Source: Candidatus Dojkabacteria bacterium
GTDB taxonomy: Bacteria > Patescibacteriota > Dojkabacteria > B142 > JAFGMG01
NCBI GenBank assembly: GCA_016927655.1
Contig: JAFGMG010000008.1
Coordinates: forward strand, 5,929-69,928
Direction: 5' to 3'
Length of the DNA: 64,000 bases
In this document: piece by piece, positions 37,865 through 46,003 of the stretch
Position numbering within the stretch: position 1 is the stretch's first letter
How the letters are laid out: the number at the start of each line of letters is the position of its first letter
The notes under the pieces: model-generated
Database searches by the model: none
Told to the model about the DNA's origin: nothing
The model's input: only the letters and a program-made list of their open reading frames with translations
Position numbers and translations under genes: made by a program

Positions 37865-40204
37865 ATGAGCTTTCTAAACACATTTAAAAATCGGGAAAAA
37901 ATTCTTGGGCGAAACGAGAGAAATCTCAAATATATCCGGCCCTACAATCTCACGCGCGCAAAAAAAATTGCCGATAACAAACTGCTGACAAAAGAAATTC
38001 TCGAGAAAAATGGTATACCAACGCCAAAATTAATTGGGAAAGTCGAATCTATCCAAGATCTAAAAAATTTCGATTGGGAATCCCTGCCAAACAGCTTCGT
38101 TATTAAACCAGTACAAGGGCTTGAGGGAGCCGGGATCGAAATTTTCTACAACAGGGATAAACAAGGCAGGTGGATCATGGGAGATGGCAGGAAAGTCTCC
38201 GTTGGAGACTTAAAAGCCATGGCAATTGATATTATGGACGGGAAATATTCACTCCACAACCAAAAAGACAGTGTATTTTTTGAAGAACGGGTAAAAATGC
38301 ACAAAGTTTTCAAATATTATGCCTATAAGGGAGCTCCTGATATTAGAATTCTTGTCTTCAATAATATTCCAATAATGTCTTATCTCCGGCTTCCGACAAA
38401 AGAATCCAAAGGTAAGGGGAATTTAGCTCTTGGCGCTGTTGGAGCTGCAATCGATCTTGCCAGTGGAATAACGACAACTGCTGTACTTGGGAAAGATACC
38501 ATTGTTGAGAAAATTCCCGGAACAAACTTAAATGTTGGAGGTTTAAAAATTCCATATTGGGATGAAATACTCAAAATAGCTATAAAAGCGCATCAAGTCA
38601 CCGGACTCGGCTTTGCTGCAATCGACTTTCTAATTGACCGGGATCTCGGCCCGCAGATCATTGAACTTAACGCCAGACCAGGTCTTTCAATACAAATTGC
38701 AAATAGAGATGGTCTTAGATGGAGACTCAGAAAAGCTGCAGGGCTCAAAGTTACAAGTCCACTGAAAGGAATTAGAATTGCTAAAGATCTTTTTGGAGGG
38801 CAGCTCGAGGAACAAATCGAAAAAATTTCAGGTAAATCGATTATAAGCCATATCATGCCTGTCGAGATAATCGATCCAAATCAAAAAAAGATTCCTGCTC
38901 TTGCCTTGATTGATACAAGCAGACGTACTACAACTATAAATTATAAACTCGCGCAAAAAGCGGGTATTCCAATTTCTGAAGAAAGCTTCAAAGAAACAAG
39001 CATGTCAGATATTTCTTTTAGTCTCGCCGGTAAAATTATCAATGCCGACTGCCGTGTAGTCAAAGATAAAATCCGGGGATACAATATGCTGATTGGGCGA
39101 AGAGATCTAGGCGACTTTCTAATTGACATCAGAAGAGTCGCTACCGGGAAAGAAGATCTGCAAAAAGAAGAACTTGTTTCAGTACAAGGGCTTCAAAAGC
39201 CGGAAAATATTGATAATGCACTTGCTGAAATTGCAGAACAAATCTACATAGTTAGAAATATCAGACCGACAAACGCATCTTCAGAGAAGAAAGAATTTAA
39301 CAAAAAGAAAACTTACAGTCCGCAACTTGAGTACGAGCCGGTAAATATTGATACTGATAACCTGATATACAAACTTAGCAACCTGAATCCGGATAGAAAT
39401 ACCCAGATTGGCAAACTACTATCTGAAAAGATCGACTCTTTAAGAAAAGCAATCTATCTAATCGAGGCGATTGGGGAAGATGATAAATTTCCGCAAAGAG
39501 CCGAGAACCTTTATGGCGTGCCGGATGTTAAGATTTTTACTAAGGCTGTAGAACTTATTCGAGAAACTGACGCTATCAAACCGGATGTAAGAAAAGAGAA
39601 AGTCCTGGATAAGTCAGAAGTTGAAAAAAGAATAGCAGATCATATCAAAAAAATCGGGATTGAAGCAAAAATCGAATACATCAGAAACGGCGCCGGGAAA
39701 GCCTCGATCGGGAAAAAACAAGGGATTATTTATTTAAATCCGGATTATAAATTTACCGAAACTAAATTATTAGGGACCTTGGCACACGAAATCGACATCC
39801 ATTTGGCGAGGTCCTTTTATGGCAGACAGCGACCTTATAAAATCTATAGTTATGGGACAGCTGGATACCTAGAAGTTGAGGAAGGGCTGGCCGTAAGAAA
39901 TAAAGCCGAGGTTTTAAAAAGTCAGCAGCCAATTAGAAATGCGGCTATTATGTACGTCGCAGCGTATTTAAATCACAAAAACTCCTTTAGAGAAACATAT
40001 AACTATCTCCTCAAGCTCGGCATATCAAAAACAAATGCTTACAATTTTACAATGAGAACAAAAAAAGGCATGATAGATACCTCAAAACCAGGAGCGTTTT
40101 TGAAAGATATGCTCTACTTTTCAGGTTATCTCAAAGTAAAGGATTTAAGCAAAGAGGAGATAGGAAAACTGATAAAAAGCGGAAAGACTTCTACAGTTAT
40201 TTAA
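37865..40204 (+). CDS. three-domain fusion: RimK-like ATP-grasp amidoligase + retropepsin-like (DUF785-type) domain + DUF1704/QEGLA MATCAP-like metallopeptidase
   Basis: ATP-grasp motifs FVIKPVQGLEGAGIEI, DIRILVFN and IELNARPG in the first ~310 aa. Mid-domain PALALIDTSRRT reads as a retropepsin-like D-T/S-G motif with G replaced by S. C-terminal LAHEIDIH (HExxxH) followed about 25 aa later by EEGLA. Confidence 0.65.
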   Translation: MSFLNTFKNREKILGRNERNLKYIRPYNLTRAKKIADNKLLTKEILEKNGIPTPKLIGKVESIQDLKNFDWESLPNSFVIKPVQGLEGAGIEIFYNRDKQGRWIMGDGRKVSVGDLKAMAIDIMDGKYSLHNQKDSVFFEERVKMHKVFKYYAYKGAPDIRILVFNNIPIMSYLRLPTKESKGKGNLALGAVGAAIDLASGITTTAVLGKDTIVEKIPGTNLNVGGLKIPYWDEILKIAIKAHQVTGLGFAAIDFLIDRDLGPQIIELNARPGLSIQIANRDGLRWRLRKAAGLKVTSPLKGIRIAKDLFGGQLEEQIEKISGKSIISHIMPVEIIDPNQKKIPALALIDTSRRTTTINYKLAQKAGIPISEESFKETSMSDISFSLAGKIINADCRVVKDKIRGYNMLIGRRDLGDFLIDIRRVATGKEDLQKEELVSVQGLQKPENIDNALAEIAEQIYIVRNIRPTNASSEKKEFNKKKTYSPQLEYEPVNIDTDNLIYKLSNLNPDRNTQIGKLLSEKIDSLRKAIYLIEAIGEDDKFPQRAENLYGVPDVKIFTKAVELIRETDAIKPDVRKEKVLDKSEVEKRIADHIKKIGIEAKIEYIRNGAGKASIGKKQGIIYLNPDYKFTETKLLGTLAHEIDIHLARSFYGRQRPYKIYSYGTAGYLEVEEGLAVRNKAEVLKSQQPIRNAAIMYVAAYLNHKNSFRETYNYLLKLGISKTNAYNFTMRTKKGMIDTSKPGAFLKDMLYFSGYLKVKDLSKEEIGKLIKSGKTSTVI

Positions 40205-41206
40205 TTATCTCCCCCTAAGACTGCTTTTGATCACATCCAAATGCTTCAACGCCTCGGCAACACCCGTAACGACTGCATCCAGAGGATCGTCCACAACGTG
40301 TGCAGGTACTCCGGTAGCTTTGGTGAAAAGCTCATCAATATCACTAAATAGTGCAGTTCCGCCGCTTAATACCATTCCCCTATCAATAATGTCAGAAGTA
40401 AGCTCCGGCGGAGTCTCTTCCAAGACAGTTTTTATTGCACCAATGATTTGATTTAGAACAGGCTTAACAGCGTCATTAAGCTCATTTGAATTTATCATTA
40501 AAGTAACAGGCATACCATTTGCAACACTTCTACCACGAACTTCCATTTCCTTGGGATTGTCATGAAAAACTGCAGAACCAATTTCAATTTTCATTTTCTC
40601 TGCCATCTGTTCCCCAATTACCAGACCTTTTATCTTCCTCATATAATTTACAATTGCTTCATTTAGAGCATCGCCCGCTATTCGTTTGGATTCATAATTG
40701 ACAATTCCATTCATAGAAATTACTGCAACCTCAGTAGTACCCCCGCCCATATTCACAATCATATTTCCAGTGCTGGTACTAATTGGAAGCTCCGCGCCAA
40801 TAGCGGCGGCAATCGGCTCAGGAATAAGATATATTTTCCCGGCTCCTGCTGCTGCTGCTGCCTCAATTACAGCTCTTTCCTCGACAGAAGTAAGACCTGC
40901 TGGAACACTTATCATAACTTCCGGCTTTACAAAGCGGCTCCTGCCGATTGCCTTATTAAGCAGCGCTTTTAACAGAGCTTCAGTCAGACGGTAACTTGCA
41001 ATCACTCCCTGCCTTAGGGGTCTTCTTGCAACAATGTTCCCAGGGACTTTACCAAGCATTTCCTTCGCTTCATTGCCGACAGCAAGAACCTTTCGATCGT
41101 CCAGGGACACTGCCACAACACTTGGTTCTCGTACAACAACCCCCTGCCCTTGCAGAAAGACTAAGGAATTCGCTGTTCCAAGATCAATTGCAACTTTTTT
41201 TGCCAT
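40205..41206 (-). CDS. second actin-like MreB paralog
   Basis: IDLGTANS...EPSVVA...EPIAAAIGA...NMGGGTTE. Confidence 0.8.
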   Translation of the reverse strand: MAKKVAIDLGTANSLVFLQGQGVVVREPSVVAVSLDDRKVLAVGNEAKEMLGKVPGNIVARRPLRQGVIASYRLTEALLKALLNKAIGRSRFVKPEVMISVPAGLTSVEERAVIEAAAAAGAGKIYLIPEPIAAAIGAELPISTSTGNMIVNMGGGTTEVAVISMNGIVNYESKRIAGDALNEAIVNYMRKIKGLVIGEQMAEKMKIEIGSAVFHDNPKEMEVRGRSVANGMPVTLMINSNELNDAVKPVLNQIIGAIKTVLEETPPELTSDIIDRGMVLSGGTALFSDIDELFTKATGVPAHVVDDPLDAVVTGVAEALKHLDVIKSSLRGR

Positions 41207-41257
41207 AATGATTCATCTAACACCTGCTATCAAAGTTATGTTACAATTACAGAGTTC

Positions 41258-42730
41258 ATGAAAAAAAGACTTCAAAAAATTATACAGGCATTCTTTATTC
41301 TCTTTGTAATTGCAGCTTTTGGCTGTATTACCGCTGTTACCCTTATTATAGCACAGGGGGGGAAAATTACACCCACCGGAATTACCCAGACGGGAATTTT
41401 GAGGATTAATTCCGAGCCGGCCGATGGGATTAAAGTCTTCATAGATGGAGAACGAGTTTCTCTAGTAGATAAAAGGGTTGAAGGGCTCGAAGAAGGCGAC
41501 TATACTTTGCGGATTGAAAAAGAAGGATACCTGCCCTGGGAAAAACGAGTCAGTGTTGATAACGGCATAGTGAAAGAAATTTATGCTTCTCTTCTCAAAG
41601 AAGATCTAGAACTCAAACAGCTGACAAATACAAATATTGACAGGGTATTTTTCTCTCCTGATGGAAGTTATGCTTATTATGTAATTACCAAATCAGATAC
41701 ACCCTCTGAAAATGGAATATGGAGATTGAAACTAACTCAAAATACTCTCGAGTCAATCGGCCTTGTCAAGACACAATCAGAAAGGATCTCAGAGATCACG
41801 AAAGCCATTGCCGGCATTTTGCAAGGAGAATATGTCATAGATATCGCTCCAAATAATTCAAAAATTATATTACGGAATGAGAATAGCAGCCTATTTTTCA
41901 TCTACTACATCGATCAAGCTCAACTTGTCGATATCAAAACACCAACAAGTCTTGGATTTACTCCTGAGAAATATTTCTGGTTCAAGAATGGCGATTCATT
42001 GATTGCTCAATCCGGCAATTCGGTTTATGAGTTAAATCTAGGTTCAAACCAAATTACACTTGTTTATAATTTCCAGGGGGTTGATCCAATTTTTGCAGTA
42101 AATGGCAGGAATATAATAATCTATGCAAACGACCAATACTACAGCTACGAAAATGAGTCCAGGAGCTTACTTGGCCAAAAATTCACACTCCCTGCCCCGG
42201 ATCAACTCTGGCTGAGCCAAGAATCGGACGACTTACTTTTTATCAAATCTACTGGTGTTCTTTATTTTGCAAATCTTAAAAAAGAAATAGTAGAAATTGG
42301 AGAATATGAGATTGTAGATATTTCTAACGATGGTCAGAATGCAATTTTAAGAAATACTGGCGGAGCTCTTTACAGTTTCAGGGGCGAACTAATTGTGGCA
42401 ACAGACAAAATAAGCACCAGTACTAAACTGATTCAAGAGAACTACGATTCAAAATCCCAAATATACAAATTTTCTCCGGACAGCAACTATCTTCTTGAAC
42501 GAGTTCTATACAACGGACAAAGCATATTCAAGCTAATCGGGCTTTACGGTGAAAACACATATGATCTACTTATAACGTCGAAACACGTTGGCGCCAACAA
42601 CTTTGGCTTGGTAAACGGTTCGAGAGAATTTCTGATCTTGCTAAAAGATACTACCTCGGCAGCTGATACTGGGACCACTCAAAGCACTGCTGTTGAAGCG
42701 AATTTGTACAAAATCGAGCTAGTGGATTAG
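41258..42730 (+). CDS. membrane-anchored PEGA-domain protein with C-terminal beta-rich region
   Basis: N-terminal TM, then PEGA-like segment (LRINSEPADGIKVFIDGERV...GDYTLRIEKEGYLPWEKRVSV). Confidence 0.55.
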   Translation: MKKRLQKIIQAFFILFVIAAFGCITAVTLIIAQGGKITPTGITQTGILRINSEPADGIKVFIDGERVSLVDKRVEGLEEGDYTLRIEKEGYLPWEKRVSVDNGIVKEIYASLLKEDLELKQLTNTNIDRVFFSPDGSYAYYVITKSDTPSENGIWRLKLTQNTLESIGLVKTQSERISEITKAIAGILQGEYVIDIAPNNSKIILRNENSSLFFIYYIDQAQLVDIKTPTSLGFTPEKYFWFKNGDSLIAQSGNSVYELNLGSNQITLVYNFQGVDPIFAVNGRNIIIYANDQYYSYENESRSLLGQKFTLPAPDQLWLSQESDDLLFIKSTGVLYFANLKKEIVEIGEYEIVDISNDGQNAILRNTGGALYSFRGELIVATDKISTSTKLIQENYDSKSQIYKFSPDSNYLLERVLYNGQSIFKLIGLYGENTYDLLITSKHVGANNFGLVNGSREFLILLKDTTSAADTGTTQSTAVEANLYKIELVD

Positions 42731-42754
42731 ACTATTCCCCGAGTAAAAATTATG

Positions 42755-42828
42755 TGCACTTGGCAGGAGTCGAACCTGCGACCTTCTCGTTAGGAGTGAG
42801 ATGCTCTATCCGTCTGAGCTACAAGTGC
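42755..42828 (-). tRNA. tRNA-Arg (anticodon CCU)
   Basis: Reverse complement folds with acceptor GCACTTG/CAAGTGC, D-arm GCTCAGACGGATAGAGC, anticodon loop CT-CCT-AA (one A:C mismatch at the stem base), T-arm GCAGGTTCGACTCCTGC. No encoded CCA. Confidence 0.75.
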
Positions 42829-42877
42829 ATCATTAAAGCTGCTCTAATTATACTACAGTTAACAATTTGTTTGGGAA

Positions 42878-43486
42878 TTAAACTTGAACCTTTCCATAAT
42901 ACCCCATCGGCTTATGAACGTTTACCGGATAATCCATGAGTTCTGTATCTGAGAACCAAAGTTCAATTTCTTCTTTGGCCTCATCAACTGAACCAGAGGC
43001 ATGTACAAGATTATAAAACGGTCTCATTTGTTCGTTGGCAAGATCGGCATTGTCCCAGCTATAATCTCCTCTAATAGTACCCGGAGCAGCCTTGACTGGA
43101 TTTGTCTCCCCTACCAGTTTACGCCCGATACTTACCGCTTCCGGTCCTTCAAAAACCATCGCTAGAACTGGTCCCATCGAGAGATACTCGACAAGCCAGC
43201 CTTTAACAAGTCCCCCAATTTCTTCCGGCACATCAGTCCCCAGTCTTTCCACTGGATCAATTCCTTTTTCTTTGTATTCAGCAAGCGTTCTCCCCCCAAC
43301 CTTTTCCTTCCATTCCTTACTATCAGGGTAATGTTTTTCACTCATATCATCAGTAGCAGCGATAAATTCCAGGGCTACCATTTTCAAACCCACTCTTTCA
43401 AATCTGGAAATTATTTCCCCCATCAAGCCCCTTGCAACACCATCGTGTTTAATTATTATCAGTGTTTTTTCTTTAGTTTTATCCAT
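42878..43486 (-). CDS. ndk: nucleoside diphosphate kinase-like protein (extended, ~35-aa insertion)
   Basis: IIKHDGVARGL...SMGPVLAMVFEG...GTIRGDY...NLVHASGS (catalytic His retained). Confidence 0.7.
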   Translation of the reverse strand: MDKTKEKTLIIIKHDGVARGLMGEIISRFERVGLKMVALEFIAATDDMSEKHYPDSKEWKEKVGGRTLAEYKEKGIDPVERLGTDVPEEIGGLVKGWLVEYLSMGPVLAMVFEGPEAVSIGRKLVGETNPVKAAPGTIRGDYSWDNADLANEQMRPFYNLVHASGSVDEAKEEIELWFSDTELMDYPVNVHKPMGYYGKVQV

Positions 43487-43503
43487 TTGAAATTGCTAAT
43501 AAA

Positions 43504-44127
43504 TTATTTTTCCAGATCAAGCATTCCAATATAATCGACCTTTTCATAATCACTCAAATCTTCGAATTTATCCCCAAACCAATGTGTGATTTCTCTTTTT
43601 GCTTCTTCCTTAGAATCAGAAATATGCACTAAAGTCTGAAATACGATTCTTCCGGATTTGACTGCTAACTGAGGAGTATCATACCCCCAATTGCCTCTAA
43701 TAGTGCCGACATCTGCAGTTGTTGGATCTGTTGCCCCCGCGAGCTTTCGAACGATTTTCACCGCCTCGTTCCCTTCCCAGACAGAGATAATCACTGGCCC
43801 GGATGATAAATATCTTACTAGTCCGTCATAAATTCTCTGCCCAATTTCTTTTTTGTCAGTCGTGCCCATTTCATCCATTATTCTTTTCTCATCGCCGCTG
43901 TAATTTGCCCAGGTTTTCTCTCCCATGCCAATCAGCCACTCATCAGTGCCTGGATAATTTCCCCTGGCCTGCTCTTCTGTCGCCTGAATCATCCTTGCTG
44001 CAACAAGTTTCAACCCAGCATCTTCAAGCTTTTTCCAAGCTCTGCCGATCAATCCTCGTTTCACCCCATCGGGCTTGATCATCATAAAAGTCTGCTCAAT
44101 ACTTGGGAAATTTTCCTTTGCTTTCAT
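43504..44127 (-). CDS. ndk: nucleoside diphosphate kinase-like protein, tandem paralog (extended)
   Basis: MMIKPDGVKRGL...SSGPVIISVWEG...GTIRGNW...TLVHISDS; same insertion position as its neighbour. Confidence 0.7.
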   Translation of the reverse strand: MKAKENFPSIEQTFMMIKPDGVKRGLIGRAWKKLEDAGLKLVAARMIQATEEQARGNYPGTDEWLIGMGEKTWANYSGDEKRIMDEMGTTDKKEIGQRIYDGLVRYLSSGPVIISVWEGNEAVKIVRKLAGATDPTTADVGTIRGNWGYDTPQLAVKSGRIVFQTLVHISDSKEEAKREITHWFGDKFEDLSDYEKVDYIGMLDLEK

Positions 44128-44143
44128 TCAATTTTTTTAATAT

Positions 44144-44770
44144 CTAAAGAAGTTTACGTTTTTTAAGCATTTCTATTATCGCATCAGTTACCTCTTCTGG
44201 TCCACCATTGCCATCAACCTTTTCCCAATCGCAATAGATCTCTTCCTTGACCATCTTTCTAAAAATTTTTTGCAATTTCTTTTGTTTTGCCACACTTTTT
44301 TCGAACATATCAGGCCCTTCATCATGACCCTCTTCTTTATTTTTCCGCTCGATCGCAACCTCCGGATCAACGTCTAAATAAATCGCCAGATCGGGTCTTG
44401 GAATATTAAATTCAACTCCATAGTCAATCAATTTCTGCAGTTCTACTTGACTCATAAGTAGTGATTGATATGCAATTGTTGTAGTGAAATAGCCATCAGC
44501 AATAAAAACCTTTTTCTTATCTTTGCCAACATAAGGAGAAATATTATCTGTATAGAGAGTTTTATCAAGTAAGTAAGAAAGCACCCAGGAAGCTGTATTC
44601 ATTTTGGTTTCACCTTGCAATGCTGGGTGGATAATTGTCTCGTAGAATGCATTGTGCACCGGGAATTCAACACCCTTCACTTTAACTCCCATTTTCGCCA
44701 ATCTGTCTGAAATTTCAATCCGCTGGAAACCTTTACCGCCGCCATCAATTGACTCAAGGACTAGAAACAT
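44144..44770 (-). CDS. thymidylate kinase-like P-loop kinase with non-canonical Walker A (IDGGGKGF)
   Basis: Tmk-like layout (LESIDGGGKGFQ...ADGYFTTTIAYQ, against canonical EGxDGxGKTT...DRY). The Ser/Thr after the Lys is replaced by Gly and DRY by DGY. Confidence 0.5.
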   Translation of the reverse strand: MFLVLESIDGGGKGFQRIEISDRLAKMGVKVKGVEFPVHNAFYETIIHPALQGETKMNTASWVLSYLLDKTLYTDNISPYVGKDKKKVFIADGYFTTTIAYQSLLMSQVELQKLIDYGVEFNIPRPDLAIYLDVDPEVAIERKNKEEGHDEGPDMFEKSVAKQKKLQKIFRKMVKEEIYCDWEKVDGNGGPEEVTDAIIEMLKKRKLL

Positions 44771-44851
44771 ATAAAAGTTCTAACAGCTAAGCTGAGTGAT
44801 TGTAACTTCAAATGGAATTTTGTGCAACACGATAATCCTCTATTCTGAAAT

Positions 44852-45088
44852 TTATTTCGATTTCTTCCAGAACAATGCCTGAATAGCAAGCGCTGTGATG
44901 ATTGTGTATATTGTCAGACCATACACGCAAACCGGAATACCAAGTAAATATCCTTCATCAGTAACAGCAGAACAGCCAAAATCGCAAGATTCTGTAAAAA
45001 TCTCATCGTAACTTAAAAATCCGGAGAACATCATTCCTGCAATGCCAATCACAAGCACAATCTGCATAGTTCTTTTTAAATCTAACAT
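44852..45088 (-). CDS. small 2-TM membrane protein with CxxxC loop (possibly a VKOR-like fragment)
   Basis: 78 aa; SCDFGCSAVTD...GIPVCVYG resembles the N-terminal Cys-loop of the VKOR family but is too short to be a full VKOR. Confidence 0.3.
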   Translation of the reverse strand: MLDLKRTMQIVLVIGIAGMMFSGFLSYDEIFTESCDFGCSAVTDEGYLLGIPVCVYGLTIYTIITALAIQALFWKKSK

Positions 45089-45142
45089 TGGAAATACTTA
45101 ATAATTTAGCCAATAGCATAATCCACCAAAAGATGATTGTCG

Positions 45143-46003
45143 TCAATATTCTACTGCTATTCTGCCCTTGACATCAGTTCTATGAACTTCGATGCCAAAT
45201 TGCTTGAGATTATCCAGAGTCTCTTGGTGCGGATGCCCAAATTTATTATCTTTTCCAACCGAAACATACGCCTTTTCAGGATGGGTTAATTCGAGAAATT
45301 CTGTTGAAGTACTCGTTTTGCTGCCATGATGACCAACCTTGATTGCGTCCAGGTCATAAGTACTACCGGCAAAAATCTGCTCCTCATATTTACTCGGCAG
45401 ATCACCTCCGAAATACATTGCAAAGTCTTTGTAAACCAATACAAATGCAGCCGAAGCGTCATTGACATCCCACATGCAGCGTTTATCTTCTTCCCTAATT
45501 TCAACATCGCACTCTTCATAAATATCAAACGTCGGCCAAAGCATATCAAAATATGTGCAGCAACCCAGAGAAAAATCCTTTTGAGAATCCAGCTTCCAGT
45601 TCCCAATTTCGCCTTCCTTCACATCCTGCTGGAATTGGCGGAATGCCTCATTGCCATCTTCAAATGGGAGGAATGAGACAGCGTCTACATCGTAATAATC
45701 AAATACGAAGGGCATTCCGCCCACATGATCCTGATCAGGATGAGTTAAAATAACCAGATCCAGTGTCCGGTCCCAGAAAGGGATCACATCTTGAAGTTCC
45801 TGAATGACACTATCATCCGGCCCTGCATCAACTAAAATATATTTATTGTCCGCGGTCTTGATCAAAATCGCATCTCCCTGGCCAATATCTAGAATAAATA
45901 TTTCTAGGTTTCCCGAAGGCGAGCTGAAGATCAGATAACTAATCACAGCAATCAATGCCGTCAAAATGCCGCAAATTTTAATTAGCAATTTCTCGTTTCT
46001 CAT
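45143..46003 (-). CDS. comEC: ComEC C-terminal MBL-fold (DNA-uptake nuclease-like) domain as a separate ORF with its own TM anchor
   Basis: ILDIGQGDAILIK...VILTHPDQDHVGG metallo-beta-lactamase motifs of the ComEC C-terminal domain. Overlaps the upstream ORF by 26 nt in another frame. Confidence 0.7.
   Translation of the reverse strand: MRNEKLLIKICGILTALIAVISYLIFSSPSGNLEIFILDIGQGDAILIKTADNKYILVDAGPDDSVIQELQDVIPFWDRTLDLVILTHPDQDHVGGMPFVFDYYDVDAVSFLPFEDGNEAFRQFQQDVKEGEIGNWKLDSQKDFSLGCCTYFDMLWPTFDIYEECDVEIREEDKRCMWDVNDASAAFVLVYKDFAMYFGGDLPSKYEEQIFAGSTYDLDAIKVGHHGSKTSTSTEFLELTHPEKAYVSVGKDNKFGHPHQETLDNLKQFGIEVHRTDVKGRIAVEY

Noticed and set aside
42754-42939. 61-aa plus-strand ORF
   Set aside because: It overlaps the minus-strand tRNA-Arg(CCU) and the 3' end of the ndk paralog, so it is a tRNA-derived artefact.
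44852-45088. Full vitamin-K-epoxide-reductase (VKOR) assignment
   Set aside because: It has only 2 TM helices and one Cys pair, and no CxxC active-site helix. At most it is a fragment or a distant mini-homolog.
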